Shown here in pieces: positions 40,608 through 55,329 of a DNA stretch of 64,000 bases (position 1 is its first letter; every line of letters begins with the position of its first letter). The stretch covers positions 69,874,001-69,938,000 of the forward strand of contig OX597820.1 of assembly GCA_951406725.2 (NCBI GenBank). The letters run 5' to 3'. Under the pieces are notes generated by a model. It worked only from the letters and a program-made list of their open reading frames with translations. It was not told the origin of the DNA and did no database searches. The translations under genes were made by a program, and so were the position numbers. This DNA comes from Octopus vulgaris. Its lineage: Eukaryota.

Positions 40608-41235
40608 TAAGGCTGCGACCTGGAAGAATCGTAAGGCTGCGACCTGGTAGAATCGTTAGCACGCCGGGCGAAATGCTTAGCGGTATTTTGTCTGCCGTTA
40701 CGTTCTGAGTTCAAATTCCGCAGAGGTCGACTTTGCCTTTCATCTTTTCGTGGTCGATAAATTAAGTACCAGTTATTCCCTGGGGTCGATATAATCTACT
40801 TATTCCGTTTGTCTATCCTTGTTTGTCCTCTCTGTGTTTAGCCCCTTGTGGGTAGTAAAGAAATAGGTATTTCGTCTGCCGTTACGTTCTGAGTTCAAAT
40901 TCCGCCGAAGTCGACTTTGCCTTTCAATCTTTGGGGGTCGATAAGTTAAGTACCAGTTACGCATTGGGGTCGATGTAATCGACTTGATCCCTTTGCCTGT
41001 CCTTGTTTGTTCCCTCTATGTTTAGCCTCTTGAAGGCAATGAAGAAATAAGATTCGTTGGGACGTTGAACAAACTGCTTAGCAGCATTTCTACCTCCTCT
41101 TTACGTTCTAAGATCAAATCCTATTGCGGTCAACTTCTGATATCCTCTATTTTGTGAGCGATAAAATAAAGTAGCAGTCAAGTACTGGGTTTGATGCAAT
41201 TGACTTGATCCTTCATCTCAAAATTGCTGCTTTTG
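40608..41235 (+). mobile_element. family A SINE dimer followed by a decayed copy
   Basis: Two bodies joined by CCTTGTGGGTAGTAAAGAAATAGGTATTTCGTC. Confidence 0.8.
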
Positions 41236-41271
41236 AACCCGGTAAGGACCCAGCTTCCTGTTCAGGGGATA

Positions 41272-41655
41272 AGAAACTTGCTTCCCAACCACGTAGTTCC
41301 CGGTTCAGTTCCACAAATCGCCGACCAAAGCCTTAGGAGTGGATTCGGTAGACGGGAATTGAAAGAAGCCCGTCGTATATTTATGTGTGTCTGTGTGTGT
41401 GTGTGTATGTCTGTATGTGTATTTGTGTATGTGTGTGTCTGTATGTGTGTTTGTGTCTGTGTTCCCCGCCACCGTTTGACAACCGCTACTGGTGTGCTTA
41501 CGTCCCCGGAAGATAGCAATTCAACAAAGTGGCTGATTGAACAAACATTAAGCTTTAAAGAAATACGCACTGGGGGTCGATTCATTCGACTGAAAATTCA
41601 TCGAGCCGGTGCCCCAGCATGGCCGCAGTCTAGTGACTGAAGCAAGTAAAAGAAT
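41272..41655 (+). mobile_element. CORE-type SINE (family B)
   Basis: Matches 54284-54688, with a deletion of the CORE region. Confidence 0.75.
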
Positions 41656-42174
41656 GCGTTAAATGGGGCAGTGATTTGAGTAATTTATTATCAATGGAAT
41701 GACAAAAATCACTTATGGAAACGAAGTATGACTAGAAACAAACGCCACCGAAAAAAATATCAGCTTTTAGCAATCTTTACAACAAGCATTCTCACTTCAT
41801 CATATTTCAATTGTGCAGGTATAGAACTGATATCTTGATAAAGTTATTACTTAAAATAGAAAAATCCTCAGTTGATATTTCTCTTTCTTCTGTCATAAAA
41901 ATTATCAAATTTCTCTTATCATTTAAGAAATTGTTGGTTTCTAGAACCATCACTTGTTCTTGAAAATCTTATTACACCAATTTATGTTGTTGCATAAATC
42001 TTTTATTTCCGTTTGGAAATAAACCTGCTTGAGAATATATATTCTGTGTATTCAGAAATAGTCAATCCGAAATACAGACTATCAATGTACTTGATAACTT
42101 ATACGACATGTAAATCACACACATATCGTTGACACAATGCAAACACACGCAGACATAGATACCTATATATATAT

Positions 42175-42592
42175 AGTTCAAATTTATGAAAAGACAAAAG
42201 AGGAAAACGGGTGTAGGAACATCAAGAAGGTGTATTAGTTTAACGCTCAAGAAAAACGGGAAAGTCTTTTAGGTTTCGAGCCTACACTCTTCGACAGAAA
42301 GGATTAAGAGGAGAAAATGGAGAGAGAAAAACTGTGTAGATTTCAGCGGCCCAACATGGCGGGATGACTAGAAAAGAAGAAGTTGAATGAAAGGGAGACA
42401 ATAATGGTAACCCCAACGAACTATGATGCATGAGCGTGTGTGTGTGGGAATGGTATGTGTGTGTATGTGTGAGAGAGAGAGGATGGTGTATGTGGCTGCT
42501 CGTATAGTGATATGTGTGGTGGCGCTACTGAAGATTGTGTGTGGGTGTGGATGATGGTGTGTGGGGTGGGTGCTGAGACGTGGTTGGTGCTA
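42175..42592 (-). mobile_element. Penelope-like 3' UTR/pLTR fragment between TA runs
   Basis: Same architecture as 59568-59860 and 60050-60300, with a CA-rich sense-strand upstream part. Confidence 0.65.
42266..42301 (-). ncRNA. minimal hammerhead-like motif, CUGUCGA variant
   Basis: Reverse complement: CTTT-CTGTCGA-AGAGTGTAGGCTC-GAAA-CC-TA-AAAG. Confidence 0.5.
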
Positions 42593-42652
42593 ATATATAT
42601 ATATATATATATATATATAGTGCTATATATATATATATATATACATATATAC

Positions 42653-42728
<76 letters not shown>

Positions 42729-42884
42729 ATATATATATATATAATATAGTATATATAATATAATATATGTATATATACACACACATACACACTCACATAC
42801 ACCCACAGAGACACACAGACACGGACACACACATATAATATAAAATATATTAATACATTATAGATACAATATAATGTATATGTA

Positions 42885-43098
42885 CGCGGTGGTGCTGAAA
42901 ACTTCCTGGCTTTCGGTAAAAGAAAAAACAGGAAGATCAGTAAATTATGATTTTATTCAGCATATTCCGCTCTTAGATTCACACATTTATGGCAGCCGTC
43001 CTTCAGTTTTTGTAAGCCCTGTAAATGAACTGGGAAGTTTGGGCCTCTAACCAGGCCTTTCGCGACATCCTTAACTCCAGGAACTTTTCAGCACACCG
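42885..43098 (+). mobile_element. mariner-type MITE (~214 bp)
   Basis: TA flanks and TIRs GTGCTGAAAACTTCCTGG / CCAGGAACTTTTCAGCAC. Other copies lie at 821-1034 and ~54693-54878. Confidence 0.8.
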
Positions 43099-43309
43099 TA
43101 GTATATGCATTTCGGTTTACACCGCGAATGCTTTCTCGACTATTAAACATTCTTGCAAGTATCAAATAGTTCGTTGTCGAGGATATCAGAGTTTTGAATG
43201 TAATTGTTCTTGTTTTTTTTAAATACATCTAAAGTTATGAACTGAGCGTGAAAGATTGCTTCCATTCATGGAATGCAATATGAATCGGCCAACTTAATGT
43301 ATGAATATA

Positions 43310-43386
43310 CAGGGATGGCCATAAGTCTCTTCACTCATTTCTAATAATAATTAAGAAATGGGTAAAGCGACTTATGGCCATCCCTG
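43310..43386. mobile_element. 77-bp Tc1/mariner-type hairpin MITE
   Basis: TA-CAGGGATGGCCATAAGTC...GACTTATGGCCATCCCTG-TA. Confidence 0.85.
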
Positions 43387-43676
43387 TATGAGTAGCTCAT
43401 TTGCAATTGTTCATATTAAATTATTATATAGAGATATATGAAAATTTTTTAATGCTTTGTTAAACATTAAACTGAAAGATTACTCACCGTTTTTTTTTTT
43501 TTTTGTAGTAGAGAAGAACATGATTATTGCCTTTTGCAAATATAAGATCGACAGTAGTATCGAAGTTTCCGCTTGCTCTTCTTCCTCTGACTGTTCGAAG
43601 AAGGCGAGCAAACCGAAAATACAAAGTTACAGATAACATTTTCTTTGTAAAAGTTTATAAATACGTGCGAGCGCGC

Positions 43677-43708
<32 letters not shown>

Positions 43709-44995
43709 AGGGGCAGTATGTTCAAATAGTTAGGAACTTCGACTCGCATCTATGGAGTCATGGATTCGATCTTGCAGCCTGACAGTTTGGGCAAATATTG
43801 TTTTCGCTTGGCTTGGAACACATCATATTAATTAAATGAAATTGGATTGCCAGAGACATGTTCCGAAACCCATCGGGTCGTTTGTGTTTGTAATTTAAAT
43901 GGTGAAGTCACATCGTATACTGTGCCATGCAGATTCTGCTCGAGAATTTCGTCGGGGGTTCACTGTGGAATGCTTATCCCTTACACTTATCTGAGGTGCA
44001 TGCAACTCAGATAAACGAACCAATGAATCCTCACTTTGCACGACGGAGATCCAGATACGCATACACACACATCACATACAAACACACATGCACACAAATA
44101 TATGTATATGTGTATTTTTAACCTTTTGAAGGGTCTCCTTTTTTTTCTGTAATATGGCAAATTCAATAATAATATTGTTATAGTATCTCCTACAACCTGA
44201 CTCAATTTACTTGTTTCTGACGTCATTCGTATTTCAGTGGAGAGCGACCGATACTGTGATTTGTTTCGGAAGGAAAAAAAAAATGTCTTTCATGGCATAG
44301 AAAAGCTTTAGTTTTAACAGTGCACTAGAGACATCCAGTGACTTGCTGGCAACATTTAATAACGCCGCAGGTAGATCTGTAGCAAACAAAACCCCCATTG
44401 TTAAACGCTGAAAAGGGAGGGTTTTCAGATTTCCAGTGGGTGTGTGTTGCTCAGCAGCTACTTTTGAAATACTCCATATCAACTTGGCTGATTGATTATT
44501 TAATGAATAACCATTTTCAATAGAGAATTCTTTTTATTTTTATTTCAGATCTTTTCTCAGATTAATCTTATTTGACATGAAAGAAGTAATGTAAGGCATT
44601 TCAAATGTTTAAATTTTGTAAATTGCCGACTTTAACGAGAGGCATTCTGGCCTTATATTTAAACTTTAACAATATTTAAACTTAAATTTCACCTTGGGAA
44701 CTATCAATAAAGTAGGGAAATGGCTATAAATTTGTTTTGTGTACATTGATGTATATAATAAATCAGAGAACGTAAACTACGCTGAGTTCGTAATATTTAA
44801 AATATTACACGATTCACAAAACTATATTTTTAAGATAACTAAAAGAATTTCTTTTAATTATGACTTACAGAAATAACATTTCGAAAAATTTATTATGGTT
44901 TTCTTTAAAAAATGATATATTTTACAGTTTGAAAGATTTATAAAATAAGTACTATCAAATAATGAGAACTATCTCAAATGATATCGCTAATTATT

Positions 44996-46240
44996 GTTTT
45001 CAAATTTTGGCAAAAACCAGCAATTACATCAATCCCAGGACTTAACTGGTAATTATTTTATCGTTTCCGAAAGTATGAATAGCAAAGTCGACCTCGGCAG
45101 GATTTGAACTGCGACCGTAAAGACGGACGAAATATTGCTAAGCACTTTGCCCGGCGTGCTAACGATTCCGCCAGCTTGCTGCCTTATCATGTCGCTAAAT
45201 ATTCTTTTCTACTCTAGGCACAAGGCCCGAAATTTTGCGGGGAGGAGTCCAGTCGATTAGATCGACTCCAGTACGCAACTGGTACTTAATTTATCGACCC
45301 CGAAAGGATGGAAGGCAAAATCAACCTCAGCGGATTTTGAACTCAGAACATAAAGACAGATGAAATATCTATTTCTTTACTACCCACAAGGGGCTAAACA
45401 CAGAGAGGACAAACAAGGACAGACGAACGGATTAAGTCGATTATATCGACCCAGCGCGTAACTGGTACTTAATTTATCGACCCCGAAAGAATGAAAAGCA
45501 AAGTCGACCTCGGCGGAATTTGAACTCAGAACGTAACGGCAGATGAAATACCACTAAATTTCGTCCGGCGTGCTATCGTTTCTGCCAGCTCGGTGCCTCA
45601 TAATCTCGCTAAATATTACAAAGTATTAGTTTTAAATTTTGGCACAAAGTCAGCAAATATTTTGGAGGGTTTAAATCGATTACATCAATCCCAGTTTTTA
45701 TTTGGTACTTATTTTATCGTCCTCGAAAGGATGAAAGGCAGAATAAAACTGAGAGTAAAGCGTTACGAAATGCCGCTAAGCATTTTACCCCGAGTGCTAA
45801 CGATTCCGCCAACTCATCACCTTTATAATGTCGCTAAATATTGGCTTCAAATTTTGCCGCAAGGGCAGCCATTTTGAGGGAGGAATGAGTCGATTATATC
45901 GACCCCCGTATATCACTGGTACTTAATTAATCGACCTTGAAAGGATGAAAGGCAAAGTCGACCTCGGCGGAGTTTGAACTCAGAACGTAGCGACGGGCGA
46001 AATACCTATTTCTTTACTACCCACAAGGGGCTAAACACAGAGGGGACAAACAAGGACAGACAAACGGATTAAGTCGATGTAATCGACCCCGGTGCGTAAC
46101 TGGTACTTATTTAATCGACCCCGAAAGAATGAATGGCAAAGTCGACCTCGGCGGAATTTGAACTCAGAACGTAGCGGCAGACGAAATACTGCTAAGCATT
46201 TCGCCCGGCGTGCTAACGATTCTGCCAGCTCACCGCCTTA
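44996..46240 (-). mobile_element. array of four family A SINE insertions (monomer, dimer, monomer, dimer)
   Basis: The copies are bounded by five versions of ATGTCGCTAAATATT. Confidence 0.85.
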
Positions 46241-47164
46241 ATGTCGCTAAATATTACAAAATATTAGCAATAGGAAAAAGACAAGTGTTTCTTCCGGGAT
46301 AATGAGAGGTAATGAGAGAAACAAGAGTAGTAATTAAACAGAAAATATAGGACTACCCACTGAGAGAGCTGTGGATACCTAATAATTGAAAAAAATAATT
46401 GTTATACTGTAAATGATAGTAGTATCCTCTAAATAGTACAGTGGATTATTCTTCATTCAATACTCTGTTTAGATATTAAACCTCGAATAATAAATATCCT
46501 TGAGAGAGGATTTACTGAAAGTGAAGGAGAAAAAGCGATAAAGATTGGAGTTGAATAAAGAAAAGATTCACTACACACACACACTTGTGTTTAGATCTGT
46601 GTGGGTGTGTTTTATATCTGTGTGTCAGTGTGTGTGTGTTGGCGTGAGAGTGTGTGTAATATACTGATACGATTGTTTTAGGATAAGAAAGAGTTGCTAC
46701 TAAAAGATAATGATGAGGTTTGCTTGATAAAGGAGAAATTTGGCTCAGAGATGACATTCTTATAATTGTCGCGAGCTGTCACATAGGCCTTACGGCTATC
46801 TTTAGTGTTTAAGCTGGGATTTTTTTTTTTTTAAAGATTTGAAGTGTCGGCTATTGAAGAAGACAAAGACATGAGAATTAATTAGGGAAACGTGGTTTCT
46901 CAGGGCTTGAGTTGACGACGAATGAAGAAGGACAACCACAAAGTGTGTGGTAGAAAGATTTTCCACTGAAGCAGGACAGAGAACAATAGACTCCTACCAG
47001 AAATCCATGTCTGCCCAGATATCGCTGTTTCTAGAGCTAAATGAAAGTTTTAAAAATGCCAGCTCCTATTATCGTTATTTCTTAGTCATTTTACTCCCTA
47101 CCCACCCTTGCTTTTCAATTTGGATGAATCTTTAATATTCCTTACTGGTTTAAACAATATCAAC

Positions 47165-47730
47165 GTCGCCATCACCTTACCATTTCCATCATCATCGACA
47201 CCATCACCATTATCATCTTCATCGTCATCGTCATCATGATCATTATCTTCATGATCATTACCATCATCGTAATCATTAGCATCACCGTCATCATTAGCAT
47301 CACCATCATCGTGAACTTTATCATTAGCGCTATTAAAAACTTTCTTACCTTCATCAATATCAACGTTAACATATCCTCCATTATTATCACCCTCATCTTG
47401 ATCCCCCTCATCATCATCAGCGTGATCATCATCATAGTCATCATCGTCAGCAGAAGCATCACAACATCAACATCATACCACCACCACCACCGTCACCTCC
47501 ACCTCTATCACATCACTTCCATCGCCACCACCTCCATCACCATCATCATCGTTCGTCCTCGTCGACGTCGCTATCATCATCGTCGTCATCCTTATCGCTA
47601 ACACCGTTATAAACATCCTTATCATTTTCATTATTACCATCGTCAGAATATCCACATCATCACCATCATCATCACTATCATCATCACTATCATCACCATC
47701 ATCATCCTCATCATCATCATCAACATCCAC
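47165..47730. repeat. degenerate (CAT)n/(CAC)n trinucleotide tract
   Basis: About 570 bp with ATC periodicity. Confidence 0.9.
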
Positions 47731-47744
47731 AGAGCATAATATAT

Positions 47745-48413
47745 GAGGCGTTTAGTAACAGACCGCCGTAAGGTCCACAAAGTTCCGCGACTTTCAGAAT
47801 GCGATACTTCGGTAAGGAATGAAGTTAGGAAGCTGGGTTTGGTCTTAAAATGGCCGTGAAGATCTCTTCTTATCAGTCCACCTATGTAAAATTATTCATT
47901 CATGTAAGCATCTTTCTCATTTTGTAGAATATACCAGTACTATGAAACGATGTATTGTATTGCATATTTTAGCCACAATAGCTAGAAAAAAACACACAGT
48001 GCCCTAAAGGTATTATTTATGTTTTAATATCCCAAGATAAGTATCTTTAAGAAGTAAGCAAGACAAGATAATAAGATAATAGTCCATTATCGTTACGATG
48101 GTAACGTGGAATATTAGAAAATGAGCCAAAACATCTCGAAAAACGATACAGGGACCATACCAATATTATTGTTTGAGCGTGTGTGCTTACGATGGTGTGT
48201 TACTAAACTCTCTGGTCCGAGTTTGGGTGAGCGAGCGTCATTACAATAGCGTCGAGGTACAATTTTTTCAGCCGGATTTTCGACCTTATTGCAAGCTTCC
48301 ACGTTACTTCCTGCCAACTTTTTCGGATTCTAGACGTCGAGACAAAGAAAATGATATACTAACCTAAAAAGTGGCCTGGCAGACGCTTACGACAGTCTGT
48401 TACTAAACGCCTC
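47745..48413. mobile_element. non-autonomous TIR DNA transposon (MITE, 669 bp)
   Basis: 28-bp TIRs GAGGCGTTTAGTAACAGACYGYCGTAAG with 2 mismatches. The TSD is AT, or TA if the boundary is shifted by one base. Confidence 0.8.
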
Positions 48414-50836
48414 ATATGTAGTAGTACATAATTTGATACGTCCATTTGTTTTCTAGGACGACAAGGTAAGATAAGAAGGAGATATGGTTACAATTTCTTG
48501 CCAGTCAGAGCTCCAAATTTTTAACAGAGCGTCGAGTTCTGGCGCGCACTCGAGATACATGCTGAAAAGTGGTGTACAGCATTTTACGTCAGCATTAATT
48601 GGGCTCTGTCAGTAATTGAGGGATGATTCAAGCATATCCAACATACTAAAACAGAATGTATTACGACGGCGAATTCGCAGCGAAGTAATAGAAAAAATGA
48701 TAATAGACAGAAAACAAATGTTTTGGCAGAATTCCGAAATAATTACATAACAGTCGGAGAAACATGCATCTGGCAATTCACCTCATCATGCATAATTGTG
48801 TAATGTTTCTTCTACTATTGTCATGTAATTAAGCATTTTGTTGAAACGCGGAATCTAGGAGAGCATTTCATATTTTACTTATATCGCCAAAGCTTTTTGG
48901 GGAAAAAAGCTTTGTGCTTAAATGAGACTTGAAATAATAGCAGAATTTTATAAGTAAAGAGAACTTTGCTTCTAAGCATATGAAATTCATTCTTTTTCCC
49001 AAAACAATGGCGATGTAAGTGAAATATAAAATGTTTTCCTTGTCATGCAAGGACATTTTTCTCATTGGAATGTGTATGGTCGACTGAATCGTTCTCTGTA
49101 AACTAGTTGTGTTCATTTCCTTCCACAGCACTTCTCTTTCTTTGGCCATGCACACAGACATATACAGGACAATTTCATCCGAGATGTAGTCGCACCAGAG
49201 CCCACTTGGAGCTATAGACAGTGAGTTGGTCGTCTTAAAACATGGATTTGTACGATCACGATGACAATGCACGGCAATAACAGAATTCAAATCCGAAACT
49301 AAAAGTGTGTGAAGTCGTTTGTTTAGCACGCTGATGTAGCGGTTGTCCTTTAGATCTTCATATAAAGACACTTAATTGTTTTGATTAGGCAGAAAACTAG
49401 CTTCTGTAGCCGGTGCAATTGATAAGCATTACTGTAATTCTGTTGTACATGGGTTGACATTCACTCGAGGTGGGATGAATCGAATTTAATGGGTTGAAAC
49501 GGCACCATCACGAACAGAATCCGACAATGCCCAGTGGTTACATATTTGGAGAGCTGTCCGTCGCGAATCCAGCAGTAGACACCACGTGTGCGAGGTCTAA
49601 ATATTGGTTCAAGGTTCTACATGATTGTGCTAATCCTAGTTTTCAGCTGATCATTGCACTGTTTACATCATTCTGGGAAGTGATTCGACGCAACTGCATC
49701 TCGGATGAATTCATATCGTGGATGACGAGGTGTGTTACTAAACCAACAGAAGTGCTTTTTGAGCAAGAACTGTTGAATGGAATCAGTTCGACAACGGTGT
49801 ACTTGGAAATTTGACACAAAATCTAAAGCACGAATAAGGAGATTGGACGAAATTCTCAAATACATTTTAGTTTACCTACGTCTGTGGGTCGCTTGTACCA
49901 CTTCTAGTAATCATATTGAAGTATATAATTCAATCTAACGAGAGTTTCTCTGTATGGCTGTTTTATGTGTCAGACACTGTTGAAACAACACACACTATAT
50001 CTATATTAAAATTTGTGATAATGCGGTTATTCGACATGCTACATATAGCAACGGAATCCCCATTAAATCAGACCCTATAGTTTGTGAATGAAAAGAATGT
50101 CTATGATAACGCATTCCAGAATTATGAAAGAACACCCTTGATAATATGATAGACGATAAACATCTAAAAAGATCAGGGTGGTCAGGGCTGGAATGTCTTT
50201 AGGTCTGTTCGATTCATGGTTTGCCAGGAGGTAAACAGCAACCACAACGAAGACATCATTACCATCTTCTTCAACAACATTAACAACTACAACATAAAAA
50301 ACCAAAGCTACAAAACTGTGTGGTGAATGTTGCTGTAAAGAGGTGCGGATTTAGCCACCTGATTCTGCAAACCCAGTTACTTTAATTCTTTTTTCTATTC
50401 TTTTACTTTTACTTCAGTTCTAACAACTTCACTTCACTTCACATTCTTACGGTAACACAACTAGTAAAGGCTTGTTTCATTTTCCCTACATACTTGAAGC
50501 CTTGGGCCTAGTTAAGAGAAATCGATATTACAGACCTGGTGGAGATCTTCACATTTAAGAAATTTTATTAATGCGCTGTTTTTCGTGTATAAATATCTTT
50601 AATTGGTCTACGCCCTTTTTGATTAAACAAGCCTGCTTCCAGCTATTCGCTTCAATTACTAACTCTTGCCTTCCAACTTTATCAATCAGTTGCAGGGTGT
50701 TTGTTATGTTTGTATGCATTTTTCTTGAATTATAGAATTAAACGTATGCCCGTCTAATATAATATTATTTGTCGTTATTGCTGCTGTTCTTGTTACTTTC
50801 ATTGCTGTTGTTATTGTTGATAAATTATTATTATTA

Positions 50837-50900
<64 letters not shown>

Positions 50901-51331
50901 CATCATCATCATCATCATCATTATTATTATTATTATTACAATTGTTGTTTTTGGGAATTACTATTTTATTTTCATTGTTGTTGTTCTTGTTGCAACTTCA
51001 GATTTTGTGTTCAGTATCGCTGTGTATTTTATTAGGACGTGTTTTTCTTTTATTATTTTTGTTCGTTTCTTTATTTTACTTTTTATTATCCTATTTTTAA
51101 AAACATCAGAATTCACACATCGTAATTTTCTTCGCTCACACACACACACATATACACAAACACACACATCACACACACCACGTATCTCATATATATATAT
51201 ACATCTGTATATATATGTGTGTGTGTGTATAAATATGTATACACATGCATACATTCATATTCACATACATATACAAATATGCATGCATTCATACATACAT
51301 ACATACATACATACATACATACATACATACA

Positions 51332-51362
<31 letters not shown>

Positions 51363-51804
51363 GCATACAAACGTATATGGAAACAATTCGTATAATGATG
51401 GAATCCGCAAAAACATATTTTCTTTCCGATACCAAATTAGAAAAATGAATTAAGCAAGCTATGCAGGCTTATTGAGTTATCTAATCAGTTTATAGAGAGA
51501 CATGGCATCTATATTAGATTAACAATCATATGTGTTTAGATAAAAATATGATTTTACTTTGCTTCAATTTTACACTTCCGGAAAAAAAATCTATATAAAT
51601 ATGTCCATACACAGCACAAACAAGTATATATGTGTATATTGTATTTATATGTGTATATTGTATTTATTTATATATATATATATATTAATGTTTGCACACA
51701 TATATATTGCGTGCATCTGTGTGTAAGTGTCTATGTGTGTATGTGCGCGTGTATTTCTGAACAAATGTGTCATTCAATATAGAACTGAATACTTATACAT
51801 TCAC

Positions 51805-51865
<61 letters not shown>

Positions 51866-52013
51866 GATAGAGAGAGAGAGATATACATATATATATATAT
51901 ATGTGTATATATACGTACGTACATTCATATCTCTGTATACATATTCTTATGTGTGTGTATCTATGTGAGTGTGTGTGTGTGTGTCTGTTCAAGTACACTC
52001 ATTCATATCTACA

Positions 52014-52049
<36 letters not shown>

Positions 52050-52272
52050 TTTATGTTTTGAAGCAATATATAATGGTGTACATGTAAATATAGGTATGAA
52101 TATATGAATATTAACGTTTTGAAAGGGTATATCATTATCGATGTCTATATTGATATATTTGTCTCTAGATGTATATGTCCATCAGTCTGCGCGTATGTAT
52201 ACATGTGTATGTGCATGTACGTAAATTGTATGCACATACATACATACATACATACATACATACATACATACA

Positions 52273-52306
<34 letters not shown>

Positions 52307-52388
52307 CATACATACATACATGTACTTATATAGATATATATTTATATATATGTATATATGTCTATGTTATACATATATAATATATATG

Positions 52389-52426
<38 letters not shown>

Positions 52427-52512
52427 CATATATATATTTATAAATATAGAAAGAAACATTAGTTTAGACATATATGTAGATATCACCCTTCGTGTTAACA
52501 ATACATATATAC

Positions 52513-52580
<68 letters not shown>

Positions 52581-53382
52581 GTGTGTGTGTGTGTAAATAC
52601 ATGTTTGTTATAGAAGGCTTTGAATAGTATGTCAGTATGGCTGTATAGCTGCCAGTATGTGTGTTTGCGCCTGTGCTTTACTATGCAGGCGTGTATGTGT
52701 GTTGTGTGTGCGTGGGGTGGAATAGAGATGTGTGTGGAAGCTTGTATATTTATTTCTGTGTTTACACATACTTCTGCTTTTACACATAAAAATTATCCTT
52801 TACAAGCACACATACTTACACACACACAAACAAAAGCGCACACGCATACACACTCACACATGCATACACGCACACATATTCATACATTCACACTCACACT
52901 CATATACACACATATATATACAAACTGCCCATACAAGTCCATAGGCGATGTCATCGGGTGTTTTCATATATATTTACATTCTATGCAGTGTACCTGAATT
53001 GTCTGTGCCTCTACGTCTGTTTCTGCGTGTGTCTGGAAAAGTGTTTATTCTTATTAGAAGTATAACTGGTCATCTTAAATGTATTCGTTTATTCCTTTAT
53101 TTTTTTTCGTCATTTGACTATGGCCTATGCTGAAGCACCGCCTTTAGTCGAACAAATCGAGCCCAGGACTTATTCTTTGCAAGCCTAGTACTTATTGTAT
53201 CGGGATTCTTTTGCCGAACCGCTAGGTTACGGGAACATAAACACACCGACATCTGTTGTCAAGCGATGATGGGGTGTAACACAGACACAAAAATGCATAC
53301 ACGCACACATACACATACACACACACATACATACATACATATATACATACACACACACACATGCATATGAAAATGAGCGATA

Positions 53383-54000
<618 letters not shown>

Positions 54001-54283
54001 TCGACAAAAATCATAGCGGGTGTAGTCATAAAACTATTAAGGTTAATTTGAAGCAATATAATGAGATTTAGTAAAGGAAATTTTAAATCAAGATTTTAGC
54101 TGACAAATAAAGAGGCAAGACTCTAGTAAACCAATGATAATAATACAGGGATAATTTTATCATGGGGTATTATAGTTGAATATTTTAAACAATATTGCCA
54201 TATTGTATAAACTTAAAATTTAGTGTTTTAATAACCCTAAATTTTAACTTTATAAGTAAGCATATATAAATATATACATACAT

Positions 54284-54688
54284 AGGCGCAGGGGTGGCTG
54301 TGTGGTAAGTAGCTTGCCTACCAACCACATGGTTCCGGGTTCGCTCCCATTGCGTGGCATCTTGGGCAAGTGTTTTCTGCTATAGCCTCGGGCCGACCAA
54401 TGCCTTGTGAGTGGATCTGGTAGACGGAAACTGAAAGAAGCCTGTCGTATATACGTATATATATTATGTGTATATGTTTGTGTGTCTGTGTTTGTCCCTC
54501 TAGCATTGCTTGACAACCGATGCTGGTGTGTTTACGTCCCCGTCACTTAGCGGTTCGGTAAAAGAGACCGATAGAATAAGTACCAGGCTTACAAAGAATA
54601 AGTCCCGGGGTCGATTTGCTCGACTAAAGGCGGTGCTCCAGCATGGCCGCAGTCAAATGACTGAAGCAAGTAAAAGAGTAAAAGAGTA
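54284..54688 (+). mobile_element. full-length tRNA-derived CORE-type SINE (family B)
   Basis: A box GTGGCTGTGTGGT, B box GGTTCGCTCCC, CORE-like CTTGGGCAAGTG, an internal TA/TG tract and a (GTAAAAGA)n tail. Confidence 0.85.
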
Positions 54689-55178
54689 TATATGTGGGGA
54701 TATTGAAAACTTCCTGACATTTTGTAAAAGAAAGTACAGAAGGATCAATTAATTATGATTTTATCCAACATATTCTCCTTTTAGATTCACACGCTTTATC
54801 CCAACGGTCCTTCAGGTTTTCTAAGCCCAGTAGAAGAACTCAGAATGTAGGATCTCCAACCAGGCTTTCGCAAAGCCTTTTGTGTATGTGAACGTTTGGG
54901 TATGTGAGTGTTTGTGTTTGTGAGTGTTTGTGTATGTAAGTGTCTGTGTATGTCTGCATGCTTACGTTATTTTTTTTTTCATTATTATCCAATTCTTAGC
55001 GACTGGTGTTGGTCTATTTGTGTACTGCCATCAAACGATTCAGCAAAAAAGGATTCCGTAGAAGTACCAAGCTTATAACAGTTACAGGTGATGTTTTACA
55101 TGATTAAATTATTCAAACTGCCTCAACATAGCCAACGTGTCTATAAATGACACAGGAAAGAAGAAAGGATATGGATAT

Positions 55179-55233
<55 letters not shown>

Positions 55234-55263
55234 CATACATACATACATACATACATACATACA

Positions 55264-55295
<32 letters not shown>

Positions 55296-55329
55296 CATAC
55301 ATACATGCATGTGGTAAACTTCCCAACAT

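Noticed and set aside
44981-46255. CRISPR-like repeat-spacer pattern
   Set aside because: The repeats are only 15 bp, the spacers are 200-400 bp SINE copies, there are no cas genes and the context is eukaryotic. It is reported as serial TSDs instead.
47172-47730. Met-rich and Asp-rich ORFs
   Set aside because: They derive from a degenerate (CAT/ATG)n tract with no splice or domain support.
54284-54360. tRNA genes at SINE heads (also ~11800-11877 and ~24590-24651)
   Set aside because: They have A/B boxes but no clean cloverleaf, and they continue into SINE bodies.
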